This document shows positions 1-13,900 of a stretch of DNA of 39,969 nucleotides, piece by piece. A program made the translations under genes and the position numbers. Source of the DNA: Microthyrium microscopicum (Eukaryota). Every line of letters begins with the position of its first letter. Within the stretch, counting starts at the first letter, position 1. The DNA is taken from assembly GCA_010405405.1 (NCBI GenBank), contig MU004241.1:986350-1026318 (forward strand). The letters run 5' to 3'. A model generated the notes under the pieces. The model was not told the DNA's origin. It was given only the letters and a program-made list of their open reading frames with translations, and ran no database searches.

Positions 1-700
1 ATAAAGTCCTATATACTTATTATACTAAGAATAAGACATTATTTCTACTAAGCTATAAGTAGCTTAGTTATTATTTTAATTATATAGTGCTACTTATTTC
101 TTTATATAACTAATAGAGTTAGAAATTTATTTACTATTCTTAGTCTAATAGAAATTAATATTAAAGACTAGTTATAGTATACTAAAGAAGTCTTTTCTAC
201 CTTATACTACTTAAAGAATACTATTAACTTCTTTTTTTCTTAAATTATCTTTCCTATAAAAATAAGAGAGTTTTCTTTAAAAATTTCTATATCTAATACT
301 ATTATATAGCTATTAAACTAGGTAAAAATGCTTAAGTAATATAGTAAAGAAAAGACTACCTTAAGCTCTATTTATAAGTAGGTAGATTAGATACTTAGAG
401 TAATAACTAATACCTATAGTAGTAAATCTATTTAGCGTATCTAATTACACCTATAGTATACTCTAAAAATTCTATATAAAGCTTTATAACCCTTAATACT
501 ATATATTGTCTAGGGGTTATTACTATGTATAGGAATATTACTTATTAGTAACCTTTATTATATTTAAATATATCTAGCACCTAGATAAAGTAGTAATAAT
601 ATTAAAAATAGATAAGGTAATAGTACCTTTAATAGTATATTAATTAATTATAATAATAAGAGTAATAGTAAGTAGTATATAAATTAAGCTAAAAGTAGCC
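1..700 (-). pseudogene. RIP-degraded coding fragments of an unknown gene (source of the mosaic modules)
   Basis: The minus strand reads coherently after de-RIP, e.g. module C 'MPPKVPSPHPLS..PLYPGARYIQ' and module A 'DMEIFEENSLIP.GK.IQERKEVDSTLQ'. No domain recognised. Confidence 0.35.
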
Positions 701-2905
701 TAGTTATTATTTTAATTATATAATACTACTTACTTCTTTATATAATTAGTAAAGTTAGAGATTTATCTACTATTCTTAATCTAATAGAGATTAATATTAA
801 AAACTAGTTATAGTATACTAAAGAAGTTTTTCTTACCCTACGCTACTTAAAGAGTGCTATTAACTTTTTTCTTTCTTAAATTATTTTTTCTATAGGAATA
901 AGAGAGTTTTCTTTAAAAATTTCTATATTTAGTACTATTATATAGTCTATTAAGCTAAACTTAAAAGGCTTTTAGTAGCGTTCCTAACTCTAATAGTTTA
1001 TATACGTATTAGATTTAAAGTCTAAAGAATTTACTAAGTAGAATATATTTTTAGTATAATTCTACTTAATAATAAAAAGAAATATTTAATATACTATAAG
1101 CCTTTATAAATACTTTTAATAAGCTATTAAACTAAGTAAGGATACTTAAGCAATATAATAAAGGAAAAACTACTTTAAGCTCTATCTATAAATAAGTAGA
1201 TTAGATGCTTAAAGTAATAATAGTTATCTAAGAATTATTACTACGTATAAGAATATTACTTACTAGTAACCTTTATTATATCTAGATATATCTAATACCT
1301 AGATAAAGTAATAATGATATTAAGAATAAGTAAAGTAATAGTACTTTTAATAGTATATTAGTTAACTATAATAATAAGAGTAATAGTAAATAGTATATAA
1401 ATTAAGCTAAAAGTAGCCTAGTTATTATTTTAATTATATAGTACTACTTACTCCTTTATATAACTAGTAGAGTTAAAGATTTATTTGCTATTCCTAGTTT
1501 AATAGAGATACTATTATATAGCTATTAAACTAGGTAAGAATACTTAAGCGATATAGTAAAGGCATTAAGTAAATAAATATTTCTTTAGTTATTTTAGTAG
1601 CGTCTTATATAAGCTCTTCTTCTAAAATAATAAAAGAGGTTTCCTTATAATAAATATAGTTAAAGAACGCTATATAAAGCTAAGGTTATATTTAAGGACT
1701 TAGTAATTACTAAAGTAGTTACTAAGGAGTAATAACTTTTCCTTTTTAGTTAAGATAGCGCTATTTTTATATCTTATATCCTACTAAGTAAGTAGTATAT
1801 TACCTTTATAATTAAATTAAGTAATTATATTAATAAATGCATTTATACTCCTAACTAGTTAAAGAAGTAGCTAAGGACTACCTTAAGCTCTATTTATAAG
1901 TAAATAGATTAGATGCTTAAAGTAATAATAGTTATCTAAAGGTCATTACTATATATAAAAATATTGCTTACTAGTAACCTCTATTATATCTAGATATATT
2001 TAGTACCTAGATAAAGTAGTAATAATATTAAGAGTAAATAAGGTAATAGCACTTTTAGTAGTATATTAGTTAACTATAATAATAAGAGTAATAGTAAATA
2101 GACTAAATTTTTTTAAATATTTCCTTAAATATTTTAGTAGCGTCTTATATAAGCTCTTCCTTTAGGATAAAGAAAGGGGTTCCTTTATAATAGATATAGT
2201 TAAAAAACGCTATATAAAGCTAGGATTAAGGGTTTAGTATTTTTATAATTCTTATATTAGTAAGGACTTAGTAATCTAATAAATATTATTAAGAAAAGTA
2301 GCTATTCTTAAGTTAATAGAAGTATACTAATTATTAAAGTAAGAAAGCTTATATTATAATAATAAGTATTTTCCTAGTCTAAGACTAATAAATAAATTAA
2401 GTAATAGAGAAGCTTCTATAAAGAAAAGCAAAATATCTAATAATATTAGAGTTATTAACCTACTAACGTATTAAAAGTAGTTTAATTATAATACTATAAG
2501 GAATTCTTATAAGCTAGGTACTAGTTTTAGTAATAAAGTAATTAAAGAATTTTAAAACTCTAAAGTATCTATTAGTAAGTAATACTTCTAAAATATATAT
2601 TAGCTAATTACTAATAAATCTTATATACCTATAAGTTATACCTTTTAAGTTAAGAACTATAGAGGTTAGTTTATTAACTAAAATAGTTAAAAAGTTTATA
2701 TATTCTATATTCTTTACTACTAAGTTTATCTTTTATTAACTTTACTTTCCTTTTAAGTATTTAGTATATATTCTTATAAAGTTAAAGTATAAAACTAAGT
2801 AATTATATTAATAAATACGTTTATACTCCTAACTTATTAAAGAAGTAGCTAAGGACTACCTTAACTCTATTTATAAGTAAATAGATTAAATACCTAGAGT
2901 AGTTA
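65..2905. repeat. Mosaic of shuffled, duplicated 100-250 bp modules
   Basis: Module A (tagttattattttaattatata...actattatatag) at ~65-309, ~701-945, partial ~1419-1510. Module B (gctattaaactaggtaa...ctttaagctctatttataagta) at ~310-410, ~1124-1220, partial ~1521-1562, ~1875-1930, ~2852-2900. Module C (ttattacta...agtaatagtaa) at ~510-700, ~1227-1418, ~1935-2100. Module D at ~1575-1685 and ~2114-2225. Module E at ~1818-1875 and ~2797-2852. Confidence 0.9.
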
Positions 2906-2999
2906 TTTATAGTAATAATAATTATATTTACCTTAACTCTAATATAATTAAGATTATTTAAGTACTAGACTTATTTTTAATATTATTACCTAAAGCTTT

Positions 3000-4510
3000 A
3001 GTAGTAGGATTATAGCCTTTAAATATTCTTATAGTAAGTATAGTAGTTAATACTTTAAAAGCTTAAGTAAGTAATAATAAAAGATAACTTAATAATTAGA
3101 TAACTTCTTAACGTCCTTAGCTTAGCTAGCTTTTATAAGTATATAAAGAAATTACAACTATTAAGTATGCTCTTAAAAGTAAAAAAATAAACTCTTACTA
3201 AAATATTTAGGCTCTTATTATAGATATAATAAAGCTAAGATAGCTAGTTATTAATAGATTACTAAATAAGAATAATAATCTATAGATAATAGGTAGTTAT
3301 AGCTTATACTAAATATAAAAACTTTATATTAATTCCCTAAGTATAGAATTAAAATTAAGTAATAACTTCTTATTAGAGAAGTAGCTATTATTAACATTAG
3401 CTAAGCTATATATATCCTTTACTTATATAATTATCTAGCTAGCTTTATTCTTTTACTTTTTTAGATAGGTTAGTTTTATATAAATATAAAATAAGAACTA
3501 AACTAATTTATATATATTAATAGTACTATAATTACTTTAATAGGATATTATAAACTTAAGTAGTAGCTTACTAGGATAGAAAGCTACCCTACTAATATTA
3601 ATATTAACTAATATATAAAAAGTTATAAGTTAAGTACTAGTATAGATAATAAGTAGTTATAGCTTATACTAAATATAAAAACTTTATATTAATTCTCTAA
3701 GTATAGAATTAGAGTTAGGTAGTAACTTCTTATTAGAGGAGTAGCTATTATTAATATTAGCTAAGCTATATATATTCTTTACTTGTATAACTACTTAGTT
3801 AGCTTTATTCTTTTACTCTTTTAGATAGGTTAGTTTTACGTAAATGCGAAATAAGAACTAAGCTAATCTATATATATTAGTAGTACTATAATTACTCTAA
3901 TAGAATATTATAAGCTTAAGTAGTAGCCTACTAGGGTAAAAAGCTACCCTACTAACGTTAATATTAACTAATATATAGAAAGTTATAAGTTAAGTACTAG
4001 TATAGTATCCTTAAAGAACTAATAAGCTACTATTAAGATAAAGCTATTATAGATTAGCTCTAATAAATAAAAAGACTTTTTATAGTCTAATTATAGCTAT
4101 ATTTATATTAGATTAATAAAAGTAGTTAAAGAATATATTAAGAAGTTAAAGAAGAGTTAGCTAATTATTATAGCTAGCATTAGATACTATCTTAATTAAT
4201 ATAAACTAAATAGCTACTAAGATATCTATTATAAAGAGTAATAGCTAAAAGTAATCTCTTAGCTTCTTATAACTCTATTATAATTTACTAACTTAATAAA
4301 GAATTCTTTTAAAATAAGCTATCTATTTTTCTTTTATAATATAATATAAAGTTAGTTAAACGTTTTACTTAATTTACCTAAAAGAGACTATCTTATTAGT
4401 AAGTACTTCCTAGTATTAAGAATCTATATCCTTAACTACTCTACTAAGTTAACTATAGTTTAGAAATAGTAAACTTACCTAGTTAACTTCTAATCTAAGA
4501 AAGCATACTT
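3000..4510 (+). pseudogene. RIP-degraded unknown gene with an internal 120-codon duplication
   Basis: Plus-strand frame reads e.g. 'RPQLSQLLQVHEEITTIKYALES' and an S/E-rich stretch 'DSPSAESESGSDFSSEEQP' after de-RIP. Ends uncertain, no domain recognised. Confidence 0.35.
3281..4005. repeat. Tandem duplication with an exact 360 bp period
   Basis: 3281-3640 aligns without gaps to 3641-4000, differing essentially by transitions. TATAG occurs at 3281, 3641 and 4001 (junction microhomology). Confidence 0.95.
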
Positions 4511-5329
4511 AAAATGCTTCTTTCTATTTACTAATAATAAATATATTACTAAATTACTTAATATCTATAACTCTAATAGTATAAAAGTTATATAGCTATA
4601 CTAAATATTTATATATATACTATCTATATACTATATATAACTAAAACTATTTATTAAGTATATATAAGTAAAAAATAGTACTTACTTATATAAAATTATA
4701 TAGCTACTTCTATATCTTAATAAATATAAGCCTATAAAAAATAGTCTTACTATATATAATAGTATAATATTAATTAAATAGTAAATAAAATAAAGCTTTA
4801 TAACTTCTTTACGTTCTTATAATAAATAGGTATATAAATATATATAGTTTACTATTAATTTAAAAAGGTAAGAGTTGCTTAGAACCTTATTTATTACGTT
4901 TATTATAAAGAAAAAGACTATAAAGTAGGTATATATCTTATATAATTAATTTAAAAAAACTAAGTAAGTATAAAAAGTAAAGTAAAAAAGAGAAATAAGT
5001 TACTTACGCTTAACTATTAATTTTTCTTATTCTCTATATAAAGAGCATCTATAATATAAGAAAATAAGGTTTTTTTTACTTTATACGTAAGGTTTAAAGT
5101 CTTAAGTAGCTATAAAGAAATATACTTTTTTAAGTATAGTAGTACTTTAGTATTACGCTATATAAAAGCTATTAAAATAACTTTAATAGGCACTTTTTTT
5201 ATACTTAAGCTAAGTAGAAAGTAAAGTAAAAAGAAAAAAAGAAGGTTAAATTAAGTTAAAGCTAAAGAAAAGATTTAGAAAGAGTACTATTTTAATTAAG
5301 AAAAAAAGGTTATTATACCTTAATAACTA

Positions 5330-6193
5330 CTTTAATAACTACTAAATCTTTAGATACTTACTATTCTAATATAGTTAAGAATAATCTTTGTTTAAAGTTT
5401 ATTTCTTTACTACTTTAATTTTTATATTCTTTAACTTAATAAGCTTTTTATATTTTACTATAATAATTATAATAGCTATAGAGGTAAATTCTATAATAGT
5501 TAAGGTAAAGATAGGTTTAATAAAGAAAAAGATAATAGCTATAGAGATAAATTCTATAGTAATTAAGATAGAGGTAAGTTTAATAAAAAAGGAGGTAGTA
5601 GCTATAAAGGCAAATTCTATAGTAATTAAGGCGAAAATAGATTTAATAAAAAAGAAGATAATAGCTATAAAGGTAAATTCTATAGTAATTAATATAGAAG
5701 TAGGTTTAATAGAGAAGAAGGTAATAGTTATTATTATTATTAATTACGCTTTCTTTAGTATTTGCTTAGTAGCTCTAATAATAGCCTAGCTATATCTTTT
5801 ATCTTTATCTTTTTTCTTCTTACTACTTCTAAACTTTAATATAACTTTACTACTTTATTTATAAAGCTAACTAAAATATTAAAGGTTTTAAAATATATAG
5901 AATATATAATAAAGGCAAATTCTATAGTAATTAAAGTAATAATAGAGAAGAAGATAATAATAATAAAAGTAAGTTCTATAATAGTTAAGATAAAAATATA
6001 GAAGGGCTAAGGTAGTAGCTATAGAGGCAACTTCTATAATAATAAAGGTAAAGTAGTATACTAAGTACTATTATAATATCTCTAACCTTCTCTTATATAA
6101 AGTAGACCTTATAAAGAATAAAGAGTACTAAGTAGTAAATACTTAAAGTACTTTTCTAGACGTTTTTAGACTTCTAGGGTGCTTTAGAAGCAT
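5330..6193 (-). pseudogene. RIP-degraded Pro/Gln-rich low-complexity protein gene
   Basis: The minus strand de-RIPs to '...RKKMKTED.ARLSSEPPSKHQRKRDQQQQQPPPSSPSNPPPPQSPQNLPPQPPP' repeats, with surviving cct/tcg/ttg codons. A possible ATG lies at 6193 (MLPKHPRSPETS). An alternative Ser/Thr-rich frame cannot be excluded. Confidence 0.45.
5469..5730. repeat. 63-bp (21-codon) tandem repeat, about 4 copies, with degenerate copies at ~5905-6050
   Basis: Unit ataatagctatagaggtaaattctatagtaattaagrtaragrtaggtttaataragaagaag. It appears in the ORF track as the IIAIEVNSIIVKVKIGLIKKK repeat. Confidence 0.92.
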
Positions 6194-7721
6194 AAGTAAG
6201 GAAAGGTAACGTAGCTATATATAATAATAATAGCCTCTAAATATAGCGTTCTTTAGAAAAGCTAGGTAATAGTAGCTTTCCTTTATAGTAATATATATTA
6301 AGTTAAAAGTATTACTTTTATACTAAATATAGCTCCTATACTAATAAAAGAGTTTAGTAGTTTAATATCGCTATAATTACTATCCTAGATAGGTTAGTTA
6401 GAATATAGATAATAAAGCTAGTTAAAGCTAGTTATAAAGCCTTACTTAAGTATCTTAAGGAGTAATAGTATTACTATTAACTTTATAAATTCTAACTTTA
6501 TATTTTAGTAGTATAAGTCTATTATAGGATAATATAAGCTAAATAAATAGAGTAAGCATATAATTACTTTAATTAAGGATACTCTTTAGTAGTATATTAA
6601 TTATTTATAATAATAAGAATAATAGTAAGGAACTAGTTTTTAGGTAGTAGGCTTAAAATAAGGGTAATCTATTTAGAAATAATTAAGACTAATAAGTACG
6701 CAAGTAATAACGTAAGTAATAATAAATATTAAAGTAGAGCATAATAGGCGTTAAGTTAATCTCTATTGCTATTAAGAGTAGTTATATATTTAAAATCTTC
6801 TTTAATATCCTACTTAATAGTTTAAAAATAGTAGCCTTATTACTAGATATATAATTACTTACTTTAAGAACCTTATCTAGTATTTATAATTTTCTATAGC
6901 ATATATATCCTATTAGCGTATAACTAAAGTCTTAACCTTTATAATAAATAGTAAGCTACTCTTATATAAATACTAAGAAGTAATAATTATCTTTATAGCT
7001 AGCATCTTAGAGGCTAGTAGAATAGAAACTATAAGGGCGTTTAGCTATAATAATAAGTATTATATATAGAAGGCCTATAGTAATATTATTAATAGAATAG
7101 AGCCCTTTATATAGTTTATAAAGTTAAGGAAGTTTAATATTAAGGGCTATTTTGTATTATCCTTCTAATATATTATCTTAGTAAGTAATAACATTAATAA
7201 AGTATCTTTTATACTTAGAGTACTAAAGCATAAAATATTATTTAGATAGAGTAGCTAGCCTAGTTTTAACTTTATTCTTAACTTTAGAAATTGCTTTAAT
7301 AATATAAATTTATAATAAAAGTAACTACGTAGTAGATATAAAATAAAGTAGGCATAAGATAATAGTTATCTATATGCTAATCTACTTTATAAGTAAATAT
7401 AGGTTTATATATACTTAAAAGTCTAGGAATATTTATAAAGACTTAATTTAAACTACTAGAGCTAACTTTAATATATTCTATAGTATAATAAGTTATAGTA
7501 TAAGTATATAATATTCTATAGATTAGGTTTATAGAGCGCATAGTAGTAGTGCTTACTATAATATTACTAGGCTTCTAAATAATAAATAAAGATATTAGAA
7601 TAGTAACTTTAAAGTAAAATTCTATTATTTATATAAATTACTATTATTACTAATAAGTCTTTTACTTCTTATTTAATATACTATTTCTCTTTTATAAGAT
7701 TTTATTAAGGAAAACATTACG

Positions 7722-8114
7722 TTAATGCTATTTTGTTATTAATATAATACTACCTTAAGTATTATAAGTCGTTACTTAAACTTATTTATAAAGGAGGAGG
7801 AATCTATACTCTAGTAGTATACTACTACGCATTATTATTATTATTATTATATAATTAATATATACTTATAGTATAATGCTTATAAGAATACTATTAAGGT
7901 AATATAATAACGTTTGCCTTAGTATTAGCGTTATAATTACTCTTCTATAGTACTACCCTAAGGCTATTCTACCTCTATAGTAGCTATACGTTAACTCTCT
8001 AAAAAATAATATTATATTAATACTATTTTATTATTAATATAATACTACCTTAAGTTCTATAAGTTATTACTTAAACTTATTTAAAGATAAAGAGGAGCCT
8101 ATACCTTAGTAGTA
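7722..8114. repeat. Two ~97 bp direct repeats 295 bp apart
   Basis: taatgctattttgttattaatataatactaccttaagt...ctagtagta at ~7722-7819 matches ~8017-8114. The minus strand reads like 'QISLSDDLQ.LRQYYVDDKIALTQ'. Confidence 0.85.
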
Positions 8115-8489
8115 GAAAATTAAGAGAGTTAAGAAAAGGGTTTAGCTCTAGCGCTCTAGCGCTTTAATATAGCACTAATAAACGTAAGCTAAAGTATATT
8201 AAATAAGGTATTAATAAGTCTAAAAATCTTAATAACCTTCTACTTTAGTATATAATTTAGCTTAATTTTAGTCGTAGGTTTATTATGTATTATAGCTACT
8301 ATAAATAGCTACTTATTTAATTTAAATAATAATAATAGGTGCTTAAATATAATATAGGATATAATAGCTATAGGTATAAGTAAAAAGGAGTATAGTAGAG
8401 TATAAGGAACGTATTAAAAATATTAGTAGAAAATAGAGTACATAAGAATTAAGTTTAGTTTAATAATAGTAATATTCTAGTAAGTTTTA

Positions 8490-9650
8490 GTTTAGTTACG
8501 ACTTTAGAAATGTTTAGCCCTAAACCTATTAATAGTACTATCTAATGTTCTTCTCTATTTAGCTACTAAAAGCTTTTATAATATTATTATTAAGCTACTA
8601 AAGAATAATAACTTCTAAATCTTCTAAAAAAGCTCTTCTTACTAGCTACTAAAGACAAAAACTACTTTTCTTTATATTACTATTAATAAAAAGTTATAAT
8701 TAAGCTTATTACGCTAGTTCTATTACTTAAAGAATTAAACGCTTTCTAGTTAGTAGCTATTAAGTTTACTACTAAGAACTAGCTTTATTATAGTAAATTA
8801 AGCTATAGAAAATTCTTTACTCTACTTATAGCTTTAGGTCTTAATATTATAATATATAATAAATGCTTCTATTAGATATATATTTAGTATAAGAAAGCTA
8901 AATATACTAGGTAAGGCGCTTAGTTATTATATCTTTTTAATAATATAATATAAAAAGATACTTAAACCTCTAGAGTCTTCTATCCTTATTAATAGCTTTT
9001 ATATCTTATTTTAGGAGTACTCTAAATAATAAATACTATCTCTTTAACGTATACTAGGATATTATAATTCTAAATTAATAAAATATAGTAACTATTTTAA
9101 AGATAAGACTTTATAAGCTATACTTATACTAGCTATAGAGATAAATTAGTAATATTATAATACTTATAAATTAATAATTAAACTAGATACTAGCTACTAC
9201 TATATATAGTAAGCTATACTTTTTAAGTTTCTATCTTATACTAATATACTAGAAAATTAGTTATAAATATAGTTAATTAGTTCTACTATATCTATAGCGT
9301 TAAGTAAAAAAAGTATTACTATCTATAGTAGAATAAGAATTAATTAGTTACTAAAGCTAACGTAATTATTAATTAAGAGCTAGCTAAAAGACAATAAGTA
9401 GCACTAGTAGAGCGGATTTAATATATAAAAAAGGTAAAATAGAAGCTAATTAACTAATATTAATATACTTATTTATAACGACTTAAGAAGATTAGGCGTT
9501 AACGTCTAGAATGTACTATACTAAAAGAAACCTAGCTTTATACCTACTAGAATATAAAGAATAGATTTAAAAGCTCTAACTATAAAGTCCTACTTACTTA
9601 AAAATAAAGAAATTAAAGATATTCTAATAAGACTATAAATTTTATTAGGC
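8490..9650 (+). pseudogene. RIP-degraded unknown gene
   Basis: Codon-like frame with surviving tgc/cgg/cga/tgt codons and a coiled-coil-like stretch 'ELAKRQ.VALVERIQ..EKVKQKL' near 9375-9450. No domain assigned. Confidence 0.3.
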
Positions 9651-10630
9651 TTATATTAAACTCTTATCCTTACTTCTTTTAAATAGCGTATTATCTATAT
9701 CTATATCTTATTCTTTCTCCTTATTTATTTAAAAAAAGATACCTTATATCTTTATATAATAACTATCTTCTTATTATAAGCTTTACTATTTATAGCTAAG
9801 AAGAAAAGATTTCTACTATATTTTAACTAAACTATAATATAGTATATATTATATAGATAGCTATAGATTTAGCGCCCTATAAATATCTTAATATATATTA
9901 AAATACTATGCTTATATCTCTTTCTCTATTATTAATGCTAATACTAATAGCTTAATTGCTTTTAGAAAAACGCTAAGGCTCTACTTAAGGATCTAGTTTT
10001 TACGTACTTATATAGTAATAACTTGCTTATCTGCTTCTAAGACTATATCTTACTAAGGAGAATTTAATAATATAATATTTATAAATTAGCTAGTAGTCTA
10101 TTTAGTAGAATTAAGGTTTTATTAATAAGTAGTATAGGAGTCTAGGTAGACTTTATACTTAAGTTTAGTTTAATTAGTTTCTAAGGAAGATTCTATATTT
10201 AAGTCTAGAGTATTATTATTATTCTTTTTTAACTTAGGTATTAATTTAGTTAGTATAATAGCTTTAAGGAGTTAAGAAGTAGTCTAGGATTCTAAGTATT
10301 TATAATTTATATTTTTTAGATAGGAGCGTACTTTAAATAAGAGCACTAAGAGAGTTAAGTATAGTTTTTAGTTATTTTAAAGACTATAGTATATAGTTTA
10401 TAGTAGAATTAAATAAAAGATATAATAGTATTATAATAAGTAGTAATAAAGCTATTAATTAACTAAGCAAGTTATTATAAATAAAGAAAATTATTAGAAA
10501 CTAAGATAATAAAGATATATAATGAAGGTAAATAGCTACTATTTTAATTATTATTATAAGTAGTAGATAATTATTAGGTAACGTTTAGGTCTAGTAACTA
10601 GATAAGCTCTTTATAAAAGCTTAAGGTAAA
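9650..10630 (-). pseudogene. RIP-degraded unknown gene
   Basis: The minus-strand frame reads as S/P/Q/T-rich protein, with a purine-rich tract on + (pyrimidine-rich leader) at ~10630-10720 upstream. No domain assigned. Confidence 0.25.
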
Positions 10631-10995
10631 GTATAGAGAAGATATATATATTAGAAGTAAAGTAAAGAAGTAAAATAAGTTTAAATTACTATAAGTACTA
10701 AAGAAAAAGAATTTAAAATTAATAGCCTATTATTTTATTTAAAGAATTACGAATTAAAAGCTATTAAAAAGAATAAATAATTTTACTTTTTATATATATA
10801 CTATTCTATATAAATATATATTCCTAAAGTTCCTAAATTAATTTATTCTATTATATTCTATATTATATTAATTATTATATTTAAGTCTATAACTAATACT
10901 AATAAAACTAAATTGCTTAGAAGATAATATTATAATAATAATAATAATACTTAGTAGTTTATAAAATATATAACTCTTAGGTAATAAAATATTTA

Positions 10996-13900
10996 TTAGA
11001 CCTCTATTTTATTATATATCTTTACTATTATTACTACTATCTTCTTTACTATTATTACTAGTCTCTTCTTTATTATCTTTATTAGTCTCCTATTTACCTT
11101 TTCTACTACTATTTAGTTTATCCTTTCTATTTTCTATTTCTTTTTTATTACTATACTTTATTTTCTTTATCTTATTAATAAGCTTTTTAAGATAAACTTT
11201 AACCTAAGCTTTATAGAGCTTTCTATTCTTTCTCTCTAGGGCTTTATATCTTACTATAGTTTTAACCTTAGCTACCTTAATTCCTTATTTACTAAAAGTA
11301 ACTAGGTTATATATTCTAGTATAATTATTATAATTAGGGTATAGATTTAACTAATAGTAATTAAAATACTTTAAGTCTCTATAAGGAACTATATATATAA
11401 TAGTTAATAGTTTATTTAGTTTATATACTTTTAACTTTATAGCTAGCTTAAATAATATAAGACTTAATAGCCTATTAAACGTAAGTTTTATAGCTTTTCC
11501 TAAGATTAGTATATACTCCTAAACTAAAGCTATAAGAAATTTAGTATATCTACGCTATAATTTAAAATCTCTTATTATTTAATCTATATTATATACTATA
11601 TAAATAATAAGTAGTTATATAGGAAGTTAACCTAAAAGACTAAAATTATTATTAAGCTCTTTCTTAGATATAGGATAGGCTTAAGCTTATATAAAATTAT
11701 ATTATTAGTAATTCTTAGTTAAGACTTTACTATACTATTAATTATTATCTTTACCTTTTTGCTATTTCTATTTATAGTAAGCTATAAAGGATTATATATT
11801 ATTCTTATTATTATCTATTATATAAGTTATACTACTATATAGTGTTATAATAAGGTAACTTAGCTAGAAAGTATTAAAATATAATACTTTACTAGAGTAT
11901 ATAAAGTCTAATTTATTATTAATAAGATCTTTATCTAAGTATATTTCTTTACTCTATATATATAATAGTATTAGCTTTAGAGAAGACTAGCGCTTCTTAA
12001 AGTCTTCTTTATAACAATTAATTAACTAGCTATATAAATAATCTTTAAGGTTATTAAGCTTAGCCTATTTACTAACATTCCTAGTAAGAAGTATACTAAA
12101 TTTATAAATACTCTTATTATGTAGCTTATCTATATAATATAATTAGAGTTATAAACTATATTTAGGCGTACTTAATAGAATAATTATAGAATAAGTTTCT
12201 TTAGATATAATCTTCTTCTTAGTAATATTATAGACTTAATAGTTATAATTATTATTATTATTCTAGATTATATTCTTAATATAATTAGTAAAATAATAAA
12301 TTATCTAAACGTACTAATTAGATTAAAAGTTAGTCTATTTTACTACTAGTATAGTATATTCTTAATATAACTTTTCTATAATACTAGAACTAGTTCTATC
12401 TATAGTACTAAATATATAAATAGATAGTATAAAATAAATTAAGTTATAAAACTTAAAGAAATTAAGTCCTTTAAACCTAGCTTAAAGAGTCTTACGCTTA
12501 TATATTACTATTTTAGTATATTCTATAATTTATAAATAGACTTATATATATTTAAGTATATTCTTATTATATAACTTATAGCTAGAAAGTATAATAATAT
12601 CTATTAAAGCTTTAATAAATTTTATTATAATTAGGTCCTTTAGAATTAAGAGTAAAGCTAAGGTAGCTATAAGTTACTTTAAAAGTGCTTATAATTCTAA
12701 GCTAGTCTTCTATTAAACGTTATAGTAGCCTTAAGCTATCCTTAGAAAGCCTAAATAAATAGGACACTATAAAAACTTATAATTAATTATAAACTTTACT
12801 TTTACGCTAAATATAGATTTCTTTTTTTTTTTTTCCTACTTAGTCTTTAGTATATTACTATCCTTCTTCTTAGTTTTTAGCGTTTTATAGGTATAGGTCT
12901 TTTATATAGCTCTATTATTCTTTATTTTAGCTACTAGTATTATAGATATTACTAGTACTCTCTTTTCTAAAATAATTTAAGCTATCTAGTCTATTACTTA
13001 CTTAACTAGTCTATTTAAAAAGAATATATATAGTAGATTAAAAGTAATTACTATATAAATATTTAATAAAGAATAATTTTAAGCAAAATTATAAATTTTA
13101 TAAATATAGTCTTTACCTTTAGCATTATTAATAGTAATAAGCTATTTAGTATACTCTCTTTTCTAATTAGCGTAATAAAATACTTCCTACTTTAATATAT
13201 TCTCTTATAAAGTTATATAAGTCTAATAGGCCTATTTACTAGTAAGGTCTTATTAATATAGTTATAGTATTAAGTAAATAGGATAGTAATATTTAGACTA
13301 GATACCTATAATTATAATAAGCTCTTTATAATCTATGCTTATATAAGTAAGAATTAAAAGATACCTTTAAAACTAGCTATTAGTAATTACTATAACGTAA
13401 CTACTCTTAAGGACTATTCTAAGTTTTATATTTTATTAGTAAATAGCTCTATAATACTTAAATATATAGTATTAAACCTTTAAATATAATATCTATAGCG
13501 TTATAAAATATCTTAAGTTTACTATTAATATCTATACTTTTTAGCCTAGAGAGTACTATAATAAGGAGAAATCCTAGTCTTCCTATAGCTCTTCTAATAC
13601 TTCCTAATAAATTAAAAATAGTTATATAGTAAGCCTATATATAGTTATTACTACGTTATTTAGATATTATAGTCTTATTTAACCTCTAATAGATAGAAAT
13701 AAGCATAATACCTAAATTAACCTTATTTTATAATTCTTACTACCTTTTTACTAATTAAGTATTAGTATAGATATACTTACTATTTTTATTCTTTTATATT
13801 ATAAGCTTAAAGTAGAGATTTTTAGTAAAAGGCCTATAAAAGATAAAGAATTTAATAATTTCTAAGATACTCTAAAAATATACCTTAACTTTACTACTTA

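Noticed and set aside
4380..4440. hAT dimerisation motif (RDYL...)
   Set aside because: The downstream residues do not fit the expected 'P.SS..SER.FS', so this is likely a chance match.
5388..5789. 133-aa ORF as a real membrane or secreted protein
   Set aside because: It has a TTG start and RIP-product codon composition, and it coincides with a 63-bp repeat better explained by the opposite strand.
7722..8114. Tandem WSC domains suggested by ~98-aa spacing and a 'Y..D' pattern
   Set aside because: No recoverable Cys pattern, the period of 295 is not a multiple of three, and the reading is more Q-rich/coiled-coil.
13751..13780. 30-nt intron (gtaagt...ctaat...ttag) in the transposase
   Set aside because: It is too short, and the sequence encodes the conserved in-frame 'GERIYTD' motif.
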